Below are positions 1-9,646 of a DNA stretch of 61,841 nucleotides, one piece after another. Within the stretch, counting starts at the first letter, position 1. Each line of letters begins with the position of its first letter. Below the pieces are notes generated by a model that was not told the DNA's origin, did not search any database, and saw only the letters and a program-made list of their open reading frames with translations. A program made the translations under genes and the position numbers. The stretch spans positions 1-61,841 of IMG/VR virus record IMGVR_UViG_3300036859_000137; one strand, given 5' to 3'. Origin of the DNA: a virus. Taxonomy: Duplodnaviria > Caudoviricetes.

Positions 1-603
1 ATCGACGACGACGACACCGCATCCCGAGACATGGCGATCCAGCTCCACGAGCAGGGCGGAGACGTCTACTGGACCCACGGGCCGCGCGGGACCCTGAACC
101 TGTCCCAGCTGTGGAACGAGTGCTACGGCATCGCCCGGTACGACATCCTCCAGCACTCGTGCGACGAGACGATCTACCGCACCGAGGAGTGGGATACGAA
201 GGTGATCGAGGCGTTCGAGGCGTGGCCGGACCGGGTTGGCCTCGTCTACGGCCGTGACGGGATCCATGACTCGAACCTGGCCACCCACGGGTTCCTGCAC
301 CGCCACTGGGTGGACGCCGTCGGCTACTTCGTGCCTCCCTACTTCAGCTCGGACTACAACGATCTCTGGCTCCATCAGGTGGCCCAGGGCATCGGCCGGT
401 TGCAATTCCTCCCGGACGTGTTCACCGAACACATGCACCCGGCCGTGGGGAAGGGACCGCTCGACCTCACCCATCAGGAGCGCCTCGCCCGGCACGGGCA
501 GGACAACGTGGATCAGCTCTGGAATCAGCTCTTCCCCCAGCGGCAGGAAGACATCCAGAAGCTGATCACCTACATCGGAGACTTCGAGACGGACCAGGCA
601 TGA
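1..603 (+). CDS. Glycosyltransferase family 2-like protein (5' truncated by window)
   Basis: Frame open from base 1 (IDDDD...); 'LSQLWNECY..A.YDIL..SCDET', 'YNDLWL', 'EHMHP' resemble a GT-A fold; first gene of sugar operon. Confidence 0.65.
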   Translation: MDDDDTASRDMAIQLHEQGGDVYWTHGPRGTLNLSQLWNECYGIARYDILQHSCDETIYRTEEWDTKVIEAFEAWPDRVGLVYGRDGIHDSNLATHGFLHRHWVDAVGYFVPPYFSSDYNDLWLHQVAQGIGRLQFLPDVFTEHMHPAVGKGPLDLTHQERLARHGQDNVDQLWNQLFPQRQEDIQKLITYIGDFETDQA

Positions 604-1499
604 GAGTACTGATCAGCGGAGCCGGTGGCTTCGTCGGCCCCCACCTCCGCAAGCTCCTGGAGAATCAAGGTCATCTCGTCATGGGGTGCACCCTGGCCGG
701 TTGCGACGTCCGTGACTTCGAGCAGGTCCGGCACATGATCTCGGAGTTCCAGCCTGACAAGATCTTTCACCTCGCTGCCGTCTCGTGGCCCGGGGAGTCA
801 CTGCGCAACCCCCGGCGGGTGTTCGAGGTCAACACCGGCGGGACGCTCAACGTCCTGGAAGCGGTCCGGACCACCGGCTCACACGCGAAGGTTCTGATCA
901 CCGGGACGTCCGAGGAGTACGGCTATGAGCGGCCGGACCCCAACGAGATCATCACCGAGACCTCCGTATGTCTGCCGACCACGCCCTACGGCGCGGCCAA
1001 GCTCGGGGCCACGGCAGCCGGGCAGGCATACGCGCGCCGGTACGGGATGCACGTCGTCTGCACGAGGGCGTGGAATCACACCGGCTGGGGACGTCAGGCC
1101 GTCAATGCCGAGTCGTCGTTCGCGCGCCGGATCGTGGCCGTGGAACAGGGACAGACCCGGTTCGTCTCGCACGGGGATCTTTCCGCGTGCCGCAACTTCA
1201 CTTCGGTCCGGGATGTGGTCAAGGCGTACTCACTGGTGATCGACGCCGATCCTGGGATCTACAACGTGTGCTCGGACTACAACATGCCCATGTCGGAGAT
1301 CATGGCCAAGCTCATGGCCCTGTCCCGGCTGGACGTGAACGAGATCTACCTGAAGGAAGATCCGAATCTTGTCCACAGGGATCATACCGTCTGGCCGGTC
1401 CCGTCCTATGACAAGATCACGATGGCTACCGGGTGGGTGCCGGAGACGTCCCTGAACTCCATGCTGTCCGACGTCATGAGCTACTGGAGGCATCAGTGA
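600..1499 (+). CDS. NAD-dependent epimerase/dehydratase, GDP-mannose 4,6-dehydratase / Rmd-like
   Basis: GAGGFVG Rossmann motif, 'IFHLAAVS', 'TSEEYG', YGAAK catalytic motif, 'RNFTSVRDVVKAY'. Confidence 0.85.
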   Translation: MRVLISGAGGFVGPHLRKLLENQGHLVMGCTLAGCDVRDFEQVRHMISEFQPDKIFHLAAVSWPGESLRNPRRVFEVNTGGTLNVLEAVRTTGSHAKVLITGTSEEYGYERPDPNEIITETSVCLPTTPYGAAKLGATAAGQAYARRYGMHVVCTRAWNHTGWGRQAVNAESSFARRIVAVEQGQTRFVSHGDLSACRNFTSVRDVVKAYSLVIDADPGIYNVCSDYNMPMSEIMAKLMALSRLDVNEIYLKEDPNLVHRDHTVWPVPSYDKITMATGWVPETSLNSMLSDVMSYWRHQ

Positions 1500-2704
1500 T
1501 CTGCCGCAGCTGTGGAAGCGATCATCTCGTGGACGTGATCGACCTCGGTCAGCACCGGCTGCCGGACTTCCCCCGGCCCGAGGACCATCGGCCGGACACC
1601 CCCACGTACCGGCTCCGTCTCGTGATCTGCCTGGACTGCACCCTGCTCCAGCTCGGGGAGACGACGCCGCGCGCCAAGCTCTACCACGACCGCTACGGTT
1701 TCCGGTCCGGCACCAACGAGGCGATCCGGCTTGATCTTCTGGAGATCGTCCAGTACGCCCGGATGGTCAAGCCCGGAATCAAGAGCTGGCTCGACATCGC
1801 GTGCAATGACGGCACCCTGCTCAGCAACGTCCCCCCGGAGATCCACCGGACCGGGATCGACCCGGTGACCCCGATCGCCAGGGAAGCGCGCCAGAACAAC
1901 CGCGCCGACCGGGTGATCTACAACTACTTCAGTGCGCACTACTTCCGGCCCCGGGAGTTCGACGTGATCACCTCGATTTCGATGTTCTACGACCTCGATG
2001 ATCCGAACCAGTTCGTCCACGAGGTGAAGCAGTGTCTCGCCCCGGGCGGCATATGGGTGATCCAGCAGAACTACGCCGGGGACATGCTCCGGTCCAACGC
2101 GATAGACAACGTGTGCCACGAGCACGTCACGTACTTCGCTCTGCTTCCACTCATGATCCTTCTGGAGCGTCACGGGCTGGAGATCAATGACGTCACATTC
2201 AGTTCGGTCAACGGGGGATGCATCCGCACTCTCGTGTCCAGGATCGGCGACCGGCCGGTGAGCGCGTCGGTGCAGGAGGCGTACGAGCGCGAGGTGATCA
2301 TGGGTCTCCACCGGCCCGGCGTCTGGACGTCGTGGGGGGAACAGGTCCGGCGGGAGCTGGATCTCACCCGGAGCTTCCTCGTGAACGCGAAGCACCAAGG
2401 CCAGCTGGTCTACCTGTACGGCGCGAGCACCCGGGGCGGGACCATTCTCCAGATGATCGACGCCGGGCCGGACCTGCTCCCGTACGCCGTGGAGCGCTCG
2501 CCCGCGAAGGTCGGAGCGGTCATGTCCGCGACCGGAATCCCGATCATCAGCGAGGAAGCCATGAGGCATGACCGGCCGAACTTCCTGCTCGTCTCCCCGT
2601 GGTTCTTCAAGAGCGTGTTCCTCCGGCGCGAGGCGGAGTATCTCCGCAAGGGCGGCCGTCTCGTGTTCCCGCTTCCGCATTTCGAGATTGCGAGCACGTC
2701 ATGA
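1496..2704 (+). CDS. NDP-hexose C-methyltransferase (zinc-binding N-terminus, class I SAM domain, C-terminal domain)
   Basis: CRSC...CLDC zinc motif, 'LDIACNDGTLL', 'CHEHVTYF', 'VNGGCIR', 'YGASTRG'; GTG start overlaps upstream TGA. Confidence 0.85.
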   Translation: MICRSCGSDHLVDVIDLGQHRLPDFPRPEDHRPDTPTYRLRLVICLDCTLLQLGETTPRAKLYHDRYGFRSGTNEAIRLDLLEIVQYARMVKPGIKSWLDIACNDGTLLSNVPPEIHRTGIDPVTPIAREARQNNRADRVIYNYFSAHYFRPREFDVITSISMFYDLDDPNQFVHEVKQCLAPGGIWVIQQNYAGDMLRSNAIDNVCHEHVTYFALLPLMILLERHGLEINDVTFSSVNGGCIRTLVSRIGDRPVSASVQEAYEREVIMGLHRPGVWTSWGEQVRRELDLTRSFLVNAKHQGQLVYLYGASTRGGTILQMIDAGPDLLPYAVERSPAKVGAVMSATGIPIISEEAMRHDRPNFLLVSPWFFKSVFLRREAEYLRKGGRLVFPLPHFEIASTS

Positions 2705-3495
2705 AGTGGAATGATCACGTGGAAGCCTGGTCCCGGCCGCCGGTGGACGACGTCGGATATCTCAGCTCAGAAGATCTGATGTCCATGGGAGACACCCAGC
2801 TGAACCTGACGATCATGCAAATGGCCCACATCCGTTACGGCGGCTGGAGGAACTACGGCGGGCTGTGGCGCGAGATGCTCCACCTCGACGACACCCACGG
2901 CAAGGATGTGCTCGACTTCGGATGCGGAGTCGGCATGGAAGCCCGGGAACTCCAGGAAGTGGGCAACTACGTCTCTCTCGCGGACATTTCCGAGGCGAAC
3001 CTCCGCCTGGCATATCGGGTACTCCGGCTCGGGGATCATGATCCGGAATCCATTGATCTCTACCGGGTGACCGATGAGCCGCCGTACATCACGGCCGAGC
3101 CCGGATCCTTCGATGTGATCCACTGCTCCGGCGTACTCCATCACATCCCGTGGGCCCGGGAGATCATGATCCGGTTCCACGAGATCCTCCGCCCCGGCGG
3201 AGAGGTCCGGCTCATGCTCTACAGCGACTACGGGTGGTGCCAGGCCACGGGTGACGAGGATCTCCCGCACTGGTCTGCCAACACCGCCTCGCTCCCGGGG
3301 TTCGAGCGCTTCGTGTCGTTCATGGACTCGGTCGGCACGTATGCCGACTGGTACAACCGGGACAAGCTGGAGATCAGGTTCGGTGATCTGTTCGACGTCA
3401 CCGACTTCGCGTATCTCACCGAAGATCTCCGCTTCTGTGCGGCCGTCCTCACCCGGAAAGATCATGCAGTGATCCTGGAAAGGCTGAAGTCATGA
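2701..3495 (+). CDS. Class I SAM-dependent methyltransferase
   Basis: 'VLDFGCGVG', 'SFDVIHCSGVLHHIP', 'LRPGG'; ATGA overlap. Confidence 0.85.
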   Translation: MKWNDHVEAWSRPPVDDVGYLSSEDLMSMGDTQLNLTIMQMAHIRYGGWRNYGGLWREMLHLDDTHGKDVLDFGCGVGMEARELQEVGNYVSLADISEANLRLAYRVLRLGDHDPESIDLYRVTDEPPYITAEPGSFDVIHCSGVLHHIPWAREIMIRFHEILRPGGEVRLMLYSDYGWCQATGDEDLPHWSANTASLPGFERFVSFMDSVGTYADWYNRDKLEIRFGDLFDVTDFAYLTEDLRFCAAVLTRKDHAVILERLKS

Positions 3496-4760
3496 GCGAC
3501 GTCGGTGTCCTCGGACTGGGCAAGCTCGGGCTGATCATGGCCATGGTGCTGGACGTCCACGGGAATCACCGGGTCACCGGCTGCGATTTCTCCAGACGCC
3601 CCACGGACATCCTCACCGGCCAGGCTGATGCGGTGCCGAAGGAAGCGGACATTCTCCATCTGATCGCGAACAACCACCTGAACGTGATCAACGATCCGGC
3701 CTCCCTGGTGGCCAACGCAGATGTGATCTTCGTGGCCGTCCAGACGCCACACCCTCCGGCGTACGACGGAACCGTGCCGGTTCCGGAGGAGACGAAGGAC
3801 TTCGATTACAGCCATCTGATCAGTGCCGTCCGGCAGCTCTCCCGCGCGGCCGACCAGCAGTGCAAGTTCATCACCATCGCGGTCGTCTCCACGGTGCTGC
3901 CGGGAACCTGTGACCGTCTGCTGCGTCCTCTCCTCAGTTCTCAGGTCAAGCTCGTCTACACCCCGTCACTGATCGCACTGGGGAAGGTGGCGGACGATCT
4001 GCTCAACCCGGAGTTCGTGATCCTCGGTACGGACAGCTACGACGATGCGCTGCCGGTCCGGCAGATCTACGCCTCGCTCCACTCGCGGCCGGTGCTGATG
4101 ATGTCCATCCCGTCGGCCGAGCTGACCAAGGTGGCGTACAACACGTATACGTCGATGAAGATCGTTTTCGCGAACACGATGCTGGAGATCGCGGAGAAGA
4201 CAGGGGCCGATGCCGATGCGGTGACCGATGCTCTGTCCCAGGCCACGGTCAATCTCATGTCCCCGAAGTACCTGCGGGGAGGTATGGGCGGGGGAGGGTA
4301 CTGCCATCCCCGGGACGTGATCGCCATGTCCTATCTCGCCGACCGGCTCGATCTTTCCTCGGACCTGTTCGGCTTCCTGGCTCATGCCCGCGAGGCTCAG
4401 TCCATGTGGCTGGCGTCCGTGGCTCAGGATATGCACTATCTGACTGATCTCCCCGTGGTGATCCTCGGCAACGCCTACCGGCCGAACAGCGATCTTGCCG
4501 GAGGATCGGCCGCACTCCTGCTCTTCACCCAGCTCTCCCAGTTCGTCCCGTTGTTGCTCATGATCGATCCGTACACCGGCGATCAGACATGGGACGAGGT
4601 GGAGAAGATCACTGACAGTCCGTGCGTGTTCGTGATCGGCTGTGCACACCGGGAGTTCGCCCGGCTGGAGTTCGAGCCCGGCTCCGTGGTAATTGATCCG
4701 TCCGGCATCATCCCGGACCAGCCTGGGGTCACCGTGATCCGACTCGGGAGGAAGCTGTGA
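3492..4760 (+). CDS. UDP-glucose/GDP-mannose dehydrogenase family protein
   Basis: GLGKLG, 'FVAVQTP', 'STVLPGT', 'SAELTKVAYN', 'GGYCHPRD' catalytic Cys. Confidence 0.9.
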   Translation: MSDVGVLGLGKLGLIMAMVLDVHGNHRVTGCDFSRRPTDILTGQADAVPKEADILHLIANNHLNVINDPASLVANADVIFVAVQTPHPPAYDGTVPVPEETKDFDYSHLISAVRQLSRAADQQCKFITIAVVSTVLPGTCDRLLRPLLSSQVKLVYTPSLIALGKVADDLLNPEFVILGTDSYDDALPVRQIYASLHSRPVLMMSIPSAELTKVAYNTYTSMKIVFANTMLEIAEKTGADADAVTDALSQATVNLMSPKYLRGGMGGGGYCHPRDVIAMSYLADRLDLSSDLFGFLAHAREAQSMWLASVAQDMHYLTDLPVVILGNAYRPNSDLAGGSAALLLFTQLSQFVPLLLMIDPYTGDQTWDEVEKITDSPCVFVIGCAHREFARLEFEPGSVVIDPSGIIPDQPGVTVIRLGRKL

Positions 4761-5389
4761 CCGCGAACATATACGGAGGGGCGATCATGAACTGGCGCGG
4801 TCCCTACCGGCCCGGGGTGACCGTCGTGATGCCGGTCCATCTGCCCCGGCTGACGAACGGGGTATTCGACCGGGCGCTCCAGTCGATCAGGTGGCAAGAG
4901 CATCCGGTGGACGCGATCAGTATCGCCGTGGACACCACGCACGCCGGGGCGGCAGCGACCCGGAACGAGGCCCTGGAAGCCGTGACGACCGAGTGGACGG
5001 CTTTCCTCGACTCGGACGACCAACTCCGCCCGCACCACATTGGATCTCTTCTCACGGCCGCACAGCGCTCCGGCGCGGACGTGATCTATCCGTGGTTCAC
5101 GATCACTCCGGCCGGAGCCGATCCGTGGCCGGAGCGCGAGGGACAGCCGTTCGACCGGGAGCTGCTCAAGACCACGAACTACATCCCGGTGACCACCCTC
5201 GTGCGCACGAAGCTGATCAAGAAAGTCGGAGGCTTCCGGCCGAAGGGTCCCCCGGAAAATCCCTGCGATGACTGGGGGACATGGGATGCACTGCTGGAGG
5301 AGGGGGCAGAGTTCTACCACCTGAACGAGCGGACATGGTTCTGGTGGTGGTGGGCCGGTAACACCTCCGGACGGGGTGATGTCTGGTGA
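4757..5389 (+). CDS. Glycosyltransferase family 2
   Basis: 'VTVVMP', 'GAAATRN', 'FLDSDD' DxD motif, 'DDWG'. Confidence 0.85.
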   Translation: MTANIYGGAIMNWRGPYRPGVTVVMPVHLPRLTNGVFDRALQSIRWQEHPVDAISIAVDTTHAGAAATRNEALEAVTTEWTAFLDSDDQLRPHHIGSLLTAAQRSGADVIYPWFTITPAGADPWPEREGQPFDRELLKTTNYIPVTTLVRTKLIKKVGGFRPKGPPENPCDDWGTWDALLEEGAEFYHLNERTWFWWWWAGNTSGRGDVW

Positions 5390-5592
5390 GGCGGACCATG
5401 CTCCGGTGGACGACGCCGGAGCGAGCGAAGAAGAGGATCAGGCGAGTGATCACCGCCGCGAGCTTCCATCAGACCATCAGGGACTTCTACAGCTCGGGGA
5501 TCCTGGACTGGACCGGTCACATTGGTCTGATCAACGTCACGGAACCCTCGTGCGGGTGCTCGGTGTGCCAGCACGCACGCTTCACGATGTAA
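5386..5592 (+). CDS. Hypothetical protein
   Basis: GTGA-coupled 68-aa ORF with a CxCxxC tail. Confidence 0.45.
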   Translation: MRRTMLRWTTPERAKKRIRRVITAASFHQTIRDFYSSGILDWTGHIGLINVTEPSCGCSVCQHARFTM

Positions 5593-5600
5593 GGAAGATC

Positions 5601-6263
5601 ATGGGAGAAGCCAAACGCCGGGGGCGCAAGCTCAGTGACCGGCATCTGACCGTGGCGGTCTGTATCCCCACCGTGCCGGGCCGCGAGGACATGCTCATGC
5701 GGGCAGAGCTGTCCGTGATGCGGCAGGACCGCCAGCCGGATCAGTTCCTCGTGGAGGTGGACAAGGACCGTACCGGTGCAGCGGCCACCCGGAACCGGCT
5801 GCTGGAGCGCGTCGAGTCCGACGTGATCGCGTGGCTGGACGATGACGACTGGCTCAAGCAGAACCACCTCAAGGCGTGCATGCGGGTGATCGAGAACAGT
5901 TTCACCGTGGATCTCGTCTATCCCCGTCCCCACATGGTCAATGGGCGTGACCCGACGGCCGTCACTCATCAGGGCCGGTTTCCGGTGTCTCCCTGGGGGC
6001 TGAGGTTCACTCAGGAGATGGCCGCGCACATCATGCAGGTCGGATCGTTCATCCCGATCACTCACCTCGTGAGGACGGAGAGTGTGCGCCGGATCGGTGG
6101 CTTCCCCGAGGGCCGGACGCTGGAGAACGGCCGGTATCAGGGAGAGGACGAGCGGTACCTCCAGCTCCTCTTGGAGCAGGGTGCGGTATTCGAACACCTC
6201 GACGAGCGCACGTGGTACTGGTACGTCAACCCGAAGTCGACCGCAGGGAAACCGGGATCATGA
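5601..6263 (+). CDS. Glycosyltransferase family 2
   Basis: 'VAVCIPT', 'GAAATRN', 'WLDDDD', 'GEDE'; paralog of 4757-5389. Confidence 0.85.
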   Translation: MGEAKRRGRKLSDRHLTVAVCIPTVPGREDMLMRAELSVMRQDRQPDQFLVEVDKDRTGAAATRNRLLERVESDVIAWLDDDDWLKQNHLKACMRVIENSFTVDLVYPRPHMVNGRDPTAVTHQGRFPVSPWGLRFTQEMAAHIMQVGSFIPITHLVRTESVRRIGGFPEGRTLENGRYQGEDERYLQLLLEQGAVFEHLDERTWYWYVNPKSTAGKPGS

Positions 6264-6511
6264 CCAGAGATCAAGTCTTCACCGAGGTGGAAATCAAGCA
6301 CGAGCGCCGGACAGAAGCTGTCCGCCGGACAATCGTCCATGCCGTGGACATCCTGTCCGCGCGGGAACATCTCCGTCAGGGTGTGTCCGCCCTTCCCGGA
6401 GTGTCCGACGACCCGGACACTGTGGCGGACATCATGGACTTCGTCGATCACTTCGTCATGCGGAAGGAGCAGCTCGACGAGGAGGCCGGACGCTTCGTCC
6501 GAAAGCTCTGA
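6260..6511 (+). CDS. Hypothetical protein
   Basis: ATGA-coupled 83-aa ORF at end of operon. Confidence 0.55.
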   Translation: MTRDQVFTEVEIKHERRTEAVRRTIVHAVDILSAREHLRQGVSALPGVSDDPDTVADIMDFVDHFVMRKEQLDEEAGRFVRKL

Positions 6512-6537
6512 CACGTCTGACCAGCCACAACTGACAG

Positions 6538-6570
6538 TGTCCGCCGGTTCATTGGACCGGCGGACATTTT
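6538..6570 (+). terminator. Rho-independent terminator-like hairpin
   Basis: TGTCCGCCGGT-N7-ACCGGCGGACA followed by TTTT. Confidence 0.6.
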
Positions 6571-6620
6571 CATGTCACAGTGGACATTCATTGGACCGAC
6601 CGAAGGATAGACAAGGGATC

Positions 6621-7460
6621 ATGGACACTGACACGAGCCGGACACGACGCCTTGTCCGGTGGCTGAAGGACAAGATCGAAAAGCGTCAGAACGACAAGGA
6701 CGATCACGACCCGTGGTGGGTCACGCTCATGCTCGACGTCGGCCGACCGGCCGTCGCGATCATGATTCTGACGATGTGCGCGCCCGGCGAGCACTACCTG
6801 ATGCTGGAGGCGCGTTTCTCCGACCCCTTCGCATGGCTGGGACCGGGCACGCTGACCGCGTACGCGGGCATAGCCGCCGTCACGGCCACGAAGAGGCCCA
6901 AGGGGTCACCCGGCCACAAGACGGCCGTCCTGGGTGCCGTTCTGTCGATCGCCATCGCCATGGCAGCTCAGCCGATAGCCCACCTCTGGGGCGTGCAGGG
7001 GATCACGACCGAACGGGTATGGCTGATCATCGTCGTGTCCTCCGTCCCGTCCGCCGTGTTCGGACACCTGCTCCACATGGGGGCCGCGCCAACGATGAAA
7101 CGCCGGACACCGAGGGCGGACAGGAAGCGTGACAAGGCTCCGGACAAGCCCGCCCCGTCATGGGTGACAGAGGGCAAGGTTCACGCACAGCTGTCCAGGG
7201 CGTCTGTGTCCGGCGCCGGACAGACCGGCGGACAGGAGCCGGACACAGACAGGGACAGCATGACGGACACGGACACGAGGGGTGTCCGCCGGATGTCCGG
7301 GGGCTCGATGAAGTCCTTCGCCCTGTCAAAGATCATGGACAACCCCGCTGTCACAGACACCGAGCTGACGGACGCAATCAAGGAATCGTTCGGACAGGAC
7401 AGCAAGGCGAACAGCATCTACGTAGCGATCAAGCGAGCACGCCGGGAGGCAGCGGCATGA
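6621..7460 (+). CDS. SpdB2-like plasmid spread membrane protein with C-terminal putative DNA-binding helix domain
   Basis: About four hydrophobic segments, low-complexity linker, basic helical C-terminus; directly upstream of and coupled to traB-like gene. Confidence 0.6.
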   Translation: MDTDTSRTRRLVRWLKDKIEKRQNDKDDHDPWWVTLMLDVGRPAVAIMILTMCAPGEHYLMLEARFSDPFAWLGPGTLTAYAGIAAVTATKRPKGSPGHKTAVLGAVLSIAIAMAAQPIAHLWGVQGITTERVWLIIVVSSVPSAVFGHLLHMGAAPTMKRRTPRADRKRDKAPDKPAPSWVTEGKVHAQLSRASVSGAGQTGGQEPDTDRDSMTDTDTRGVRRMSGGSMKSFALSKIMDNPAVTDTELTDAIKESFGQDSKANSIYVAIKRARREAAA

Positions 7461-9415
7461 GTAAGGGCGGGAACGGCACGATGAACGAGGAGTCGGTGAA
7501 GATCACCCGGCTGCGGCACATGCCGCTGCGGTACCGGGCTCAGCCCTGGCTCACCCCGTGGGCGATCATGTTCACGGTCTTTGTGATCAGCTTCATCACG
7601 CACCACTGGGCGAACGGACCGGTGGCTCAGATCTTCCTCACGCTCATGGGCCCTGGCCTGGGCATTGTCACCTGGATCACCTGGGGGCGACGCCACGAGC
7701 ATGCCCAGGTCGCGGCCACCGCGTTCGTCGTCGGCCTGGGGCTGTGGCTGGCGCTCGCGACCGGCCTCGGGCCGCTGACCAGCGCGATGCTCTGGGGGCT
7801 GATCTTCGGTGGCTCGTTCCTGTGCCTGAGCTGGAACATCCGGTATGCCGGGATCACCCCGACCAACAGCCACGACAAGGTGAAGACGGGCCCGGTCGAC
7901 TCGATCGCCGAGGTCAAGGGGCTGAAAAACACGGTGACGAGCAAGGTCAAGCGGGTTGCCGACAAGGCGGGGGAGCGCGTCGAGATCTTCCTGACCCACC
8001 CCGGCGGCCGGAACACGACCAAGGATGTCCGCAAGCGCAAGGACAACATTGCCGGACTTCACGGGGTCGGACCGGACAGTATCCGGGTGTCCGAAGTGGC
8101 CGGACGAGGTGACAAGACGAAGGTCACCGTCCGGCTGGCCAATCCAACCACGGACATCGTTCCGTATCCCGGTCTGTCCATGCCCGGCAAGTCCCTCACG
8201 GCCGGACCGCTGCGGACCGGTGTCCGGGAGGACGGGGCACCCTCTGTCCACTGGATCACCGGAAGTGACGAGGAGTCCCGGGCCGCCTCGTCCACGCTGT
8301 ACACCGGCATGACAGGAGCCGGAAAGACGAGGGCGTACATCCTGTCACTGCTGGAGCAGGTCAGCCGGACAGACTGCGCCGTCCCTGTCATCGGTGACCC
8401 GGAGAAGTTCGCCATGTCCTTTGGGATGATCATGGACTATGTCCCGATTGCGGCGGACGGGCCGGAGCAGGTCGACCAGCTGATCAGGAACCTCCCGGAG
8501 GCCATGCGCTACCGGGCCGCGCTGCTGGGCTCCCTCGGCTACTACGACGGATGGGTGCCGGAGTGCTGGACCAAGCACGGCATCCCGGTGCAGCCGATCC
8601 ATGTGGAGGAGGCGGGCGGGTACCTCGCAGGAAACCCGGAGTTCTTCAAGGCCCTGACCTTGTGCCGGGCCCTGGGACTGCCCATGTCGATCTCTATCCA
8701 CATGGCGAAGTACAACCAGCTCCCCACCGAGTCGCGCGGCCAGTTCGGCAACAGCTTCGCGTTCGGTGTGAAGAAGATCGCGGAGGCCGCGTTCGCCCTC
8801 ACCGCCGAGACGATCCGCGCTGGTGGGGACCCCTCACGGTGGGCGAACAACTACCCCGGCCGGAACATCGCGGAGGTCACCGGCGTGCCGTCCGACGAGT
8901 GGCCCATGACGCACCGGGCCTTCAAGATCACGACCCCGGAGATCGTCGAGACCTTCGACGCCTGCCGCAACCGGGACCCCGGTATCGCGGTGTGCGACGA
9001 AGGAACGTTCGACCGGCTGAGCAGGGGGATCAACCGGCCGCAGCGGATGATCGTTTCCGTGCCGGACTGGAAGGGGGTCGACACCACCCTGACCGTTGAT
9101 CTTTCCGACTACCGGCCGCCGGTGGAGCCCGAGCCGGTCCGGGAATTCTCGATGATCAAGGGCGGCGCCGTGCCGACCGAGCCGGAGATCAACAACGAGG
9201 CTCAAGAGCTGGTCAGCCTCCGGATCGAAGAGCTTCGGGACTCCGGGGTCACCGAGTTGACCAAGGACGATTTCCATGATCTTGAGCTTCCCCGCGACCG
9301 GACGTGGATCTTTCACGAGCTGGCGCGGCGGGTCAAAATCGGGGAGCTGCGCCGGTTCCCCGGCAAGGAAGCCCGGTACGAGATCGTTCCGGCTGCCAAG
9401 AGCGAAGAGGGATGA
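7457..9415 (+). CDS. traB: TraB-like FtsK/SpoIIIE conjugative DNA translocase
   Basis: N-terminal TM segments, Walker A GMTGAGKT, Walker B 'IHVEEA', C-terminal winged-helix-like 'LTKDDF...RDRTWIFHELAR...GEL'. Confidence 0.8.
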   Translation: MSKGGNGTMNEESVKITRLRHMPLRYRAQPWLTPWAIMFTVFVISFITHHWANGPVAQIFLTLMGPGLGIVTWITWGRRHEHAQVAATAFVVGLGLWLALATGLGPLTSAMLWGLIFGGSFLCLSWNIRYAGITPTNSHDKVKTGPVDSIAEVKGLKNTVTSKVKRVADKAGERVEIFLTHPGGRNTTKDVRKRKDNIAGLHGVGPDSIRVSEVAGRGDKTKVTVRLANPTTDIVPYPGLSMPGKSLTAGPLRTGVREDGAPSVHWITGSDEESRAASSTLYTGMTGAGKTRAYILSLLEQVSRTDCAVPVIGDPEKFAMSFGMIMDYVPIAADGPEQVDQLIRNLPEAMRYRAALLGSLGYYDGWVPECWTKHGIPVQPIHVEEAGGYLAGNPEFFKALTLCRALGLPMSISIHMAKYNQLPTESRGQFGNSFAFGVKKIAEAAFALTAETIRAGGDPSRWANNYPGRNIAEVTGVPSDEWPMTHRAFKITTPEIVETFDACRNRDPGIAVCDEGTFDRLSRGINRPQRMIVSVPDWKGVDTTLTVDLSDYRPPVEPEPVREFSMIKGGAVPTEPEINNEAQELVSLRIEELRDSGVTELTKDDFHDLELPRDRTWIFHELARRVKIGELRRFPGKEARYEIVPAAKSEEG

Positions 9416-9450
9416 TCCAGACCGCCCGGATAGCTATTCAGCCGTCCGGG

Positions 9451-9607
9451 CGGTTATCCGGTTACCATACGTAAGAATAAGCGAAGTTACCAATACGTAG
9501 GGTAAGAAAAGCGCTGTGCGGCCGTCTAACGAGATCCTTTAGGTACCCCTGTATCTCTGGTCGCCCTCGCCGAGATAGGGATAGTGCCTGGTCAGAGCTT
9601 GATCAAT
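9451..9607 (+). repeat. Dispersed conserved non-coding element, copy 1 of 3
   Basis: GTAAGAATAAG..AGTTACCAATACGTAGGGTAAGAAAA..CGGCCGTCTAACGAGATCCTTT..GCCTGGTCAGAG shared with 34160-34341 and reverse complement of 52439-52620. Confidence 0.9.
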
Positions 9608-9646
9608 TGGACCATGCTGAACACTGTAAGGGAAGAGCGTGCATAA

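Noticed and set aside
1493-2680. Long antisense/overlapping ORFs (also 27391-29454, 30780-32177, most of 54254-55774, 57825-58919)
   Set aside because: Shadow ORFs expected in high-GC DNA opposite well-supported genes; no motifs or RBS
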